Assembly (NCBI RefSeq): GCF_964194155.1
Contig: NC_135903.1
Coordinates: 18,600,001-18,664,000 of the forward strand
DNA: 64,000 nt
Source of the DNA: Cetorhinus maximus
Lineage: Eukaryota
Reading direction: 5' to 3'
Within the stretch, counting starts at the first letter, position 1; each line of letters begins with the position of its first letter. A program made the translations under genes and the position numbers. Below the pieces are notes generated by a model. That model saw only the letters and a program-made list of their open reading frames with translations. It was not told where the DNA came from and ran no database searches. This document shows positions 60,389 through 64,000 of the stretch, in pieces.

Positions 60389-63300
60389 TCTTGTAAAGGT
60401 CTTGTGCCTTTAGTGGTTAAAGGAATCAATCAATGTAAAGCCTGGGCCTTGCTCTGAAAATAACAGGAAATATATAGGGTCCTAGGAGGTTTCCTGTTGG
60501 TGAATGTATGTAGATAGTAGTCCCAGTTCTGAGACTTAGTGATGCCAGTGAGTCAGTATAATAACATCCAGAGTAGTCACTGATCATCGGAGAGGATTGA
60601 TATTGGAGGTTTTACCTATTCTGGAATTAAGAATAAAATCTGCAAACTAAACTCTAAAATGTTTTGTTTAAACAAAATGCCTTCCAATTCTTATGTATTC
60701 CTCTCCTCATCTAAGAAATGAGCATGGGAATGGTCTCAGTTTCACACTGGGTAGCACGTCCGCCAAGTGAGCCCAGGACCTGAAACCGGGAAGATGAAAA
60801 GTTGGTTCTTTAGATTAAATGTCTGCCAAATCGGACATCTAGCAAGAATATTCCAAGCGTAGAAAGCTTAATAGTTTGAATAGAACAATAACAATAACAA
60901 CAATTTATACTTGTATAATGCCTTTAACATATTGTAAAATATCCCAAAGCGTTTCACAGCAGCATTGTCAAACAAAATTTGACACTGAACCACATATTGC
61001 AGCAAACAACCAAAAGTAATGAGGTAGAGAGGCAAAGAGGTTTAGGGAGGAAATTCCAAAGTGTAGGCCTTTTTGGTCTATCCACAATTGAACAATGAGA
61101 CTGAAAGTTAAATGTTTTCCTCTTTAATCAAATCTTCAACAGTCCAGGGAGCCTGACCACTGTGCACTGACCCTTACCGGAAAGTGTATGTGCATCTACT
61201 TCAGTTAAGGATAGAACTGAGGTCGATCATCATGCCTTCCAATGTCAAATAGCGTGCTGAGTTACTGCAGACTCACTTGTGAAGAATGGTCTGTTGGGGA
61301 AGTATAGTGTGGCTGACTCAGGTCTGCACATTTACAGTGACAGCACCCTTAGGAGCAGGGGGCAAACTGCTGGACCAAAACGATGAGCAGAATCAAGGTC
61401 AAATCTAGTCTTAAAACTGCAACACACTGAACAGATCAGACACAAGAAGCATGTTGGTCTCTAATTAGAGGATGACCTAGTTATGACCTTTTGATTAATT
61501 CATTTAATACCTAGTACACTTGTCATTACCTGCTCTACTGCAACTAAAGCCCCATCTCCCACTGGTAATTTGAGATTTGCCAGCGCAGTTAAAAGCCTCT
61601 TATTACTATTGCTCTATCCCATCTATCAGCTTTTTGGTGCTTGGGATATTTCGATCTGGTAGGTTACAGAATTAAAAAAGATCAAAACATTTTTCTGTTA
61701 ATGCATTTCATTGACTGAAATGATAATCATGTTAGGGGTCACAGGCTATGCGCAACAAACAGAAGCTGCACCAAACAAATGTAATGCTTAGACCTTAAAC
61801 TTCAGCACATGGACCGTGATGGACTCTGTCCTTGTGTGAGTTTTTAACTATGTTGATAATGAATAAAGCATTTATAACGAATTCAACTGTTCAGTACAGA
61901 GAAAACCTGCTTTCTGAAGTGCATGGGTATCATTGCTTAATAAACAGCTAATAATGTAAAACAGATCTATGTATGAATAACAACAACTTGCGTTTATTTA
62001 TCATCTTTAAGTAGGAAAACATCCCAAGGTGTTTCACAGGAAGTTGACACTGAGCCAAAAAAAAAAGATATTAAGATTGTTGAATGGTTAAATAGATACA
62101 TTTGAAGGAGTGTCTTAAAGGAAGAGAAAGAGAGAGGTGGAGAGGTTTTGGGAGGAAATTCCAGAGCTTATGCCCTTGATGGCTAAAGGCACAGCTACAA
62201 AACACAGTGGCTTGAGCTCACCTTTTGGCTGGTGTAAGACTGAACCACACAGATCAAGAGAGTGCCAAGCTCAAGGTGGTAGTGGGCAGTAATTTTGACT
62301 TTTGGAGTATAATTTTAAATGGGTGATATAGGATAAACCACCCATTATACATCGTTCCTTATTTGCATTTCCAAATCTTTCAAGAATTTCTGTATGCTGC
62401 CAAGTGAGTTATAGCACAACTCATTGACTTATATATAAGGCAATTCCTCATACTCTCAACTTCCAATAAATGACTTAGATTTCTAGCCTTTTTTTAAAAT
62501 CAAACTATGAACTATAAGACTATACAATGGAATATTAAAGTCATGAACTGGGATCCAGGGGTGTTAATGTTATAATGTGACAGCTTATAACAAGAGATCG
62601 CTACTGAGTGTGCTCCAGGTCAGTGATGACATGAGCATCAGACTTGTACTGAACATCAGATTGCGCAGAGAGAAGATGCACGACTTTTATCATGGAGCTT
62701 GAGGTGCTCATTTTCAGCAACTTGACTCAGATCCATTAGACCCTGTGACCCTGTCATTTTATACAAAACAATGGCCCAGATTATGCATTAAGAATAATGG
62801 TGAAGCTCCCATTGCTTACCATTATTAAAGAGTAAGTTGGACCCCAACTTCTCCAACCACGCATGCACAGTTAAATGCAGAAATCAGGAGGATGCTGTCC
62901 ATGTTGCCTTGCTTTTCCAGAAGATGTGCTGTACCAGTGTCTCACTGAAAGACTTGGCATTGAAACAATTGCAGCGACGTGAAGTTGCGTGAGAGAACTC
63001 ACTAAACTCTTCAGAAAAACCTAGGGCTTTAGCAATCTAATACAAGTAACTTTTTAATGGGATAAGTCTTAATTAGAGCCAAATAACCTCTTCGGCACTG
63101 AAAATTAACTTCTATAAGTGTGGAGTCTCATTCTGCATTTTTATTTATTGTTGGAGATTTTAAAAGTAAATAATTCTTACTTGTTAAGTTTTCGCTTTTT
63201 AGACACTTGGCAGTATAGAACTTGAATATTGCTGATAAAAGAGACATGCTGTCAAATTTTCTCCTCTTGCATACATCAGGATGCAAGAATGTCAAATTTC

Positions 63301-63466
63301 AAAAGGATCAACAAATTATGTGCATGAAAAAATGTGTTGATTGGTTGGAAAGTCAGCTCTGATTGGTTGACATGTTGCCATAGCAAATACACCAGAGAAC
63401 TATTGTCCCGATGCTTGTGTTTATTCAATGCCTTGCATGAGTTGCTAAGTTCATTAAATACTACAT

Positions 63467-63900
63467 GTGACTATACACAACCTACATTTTGACAGCAATG
63501 CCATGTCTTTGTGCTTGGTGCATATTGTGAGCCTACTCACTAATGAACTGCTCAAGGAAGACATTGAAATTTGCGCTGCATCACTATATCATGGCAATCT
63601 AGACACACCTTCTGTATTCATTGAACTTATGAACTTAGCAACTCCTGCAATTGAATTCAGCTTTAATGACACCAAGTATGCCCAAATATTTCCATAGTAT
63701 CCCTCTAGGGCCAGCTCTTGCTAACATTTTCGTTGGTTTTCACGAGAAATGAGTTTTTGATGGAATGACCCCCAGTCTCATACCCCATGTTTATTTCCAA
63801 TATGTGGATGACACGCTTGCTATATTTCAATCTGCAGCTGCATGTAACAATTTCCATACAAACCTCAATGCGCTCCATCCTGCAATCAAATTTATCTTTG
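63467..63900 (+). pseudogene. Degraded PLE reverse transcriptase fragment (different family from 2750-5718)
   Basis: IVSLLTN, EFSFNDTKYAQI, PLGPALANIFVGFHEK, FQYVDDTLAIF. Confidence 0.8.
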
Positions 63901-64000
63901 GACAGAGATGTCTTACAAGCTCCCTTTCACCAGCAACAGGTGAAGCTAGCCATTTCAAGCTGCTACTATGGAGTAGCAACATGAGTGGCATTCGCCACTA

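Overview
This is a eukaryotic (vertebrate) window dominated by transposable elements. The SINE/LINE repertoire suggests a cartilaginous fish such as a shark; that assignment is inference. I found no intact host gene or convincing host exon. The recognisable ORFs are fragments of decayed elements: PIF/Harbinger DNA transposons (transposase and Myb/SANT remnants), Penelope-like elements (PLEs) with minimal hammerhead ribozyme motifs, CR1, RTE and L2 LINEs, tRNA-derived SINEs and solo LTRs. The most notable object is a full-length Tx1-clade (Keno-like) LINE at 20392-25852. Its 5' end is U2 snRNA nt 1-37, fused 9 nt ahead of the ORF1 ATG. It is not inside a U2 gene and is flanked by a 111-bp direct duplication. 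Also notable are three small PLE insertions, each with a 13-16 bp target-site duplication (TSD): a ~124-bp-arm palindrome, a copy with a short inverted cap, and a 33-bp tail-only insertion. Family names come from motif recognition by eye, not from database searches.
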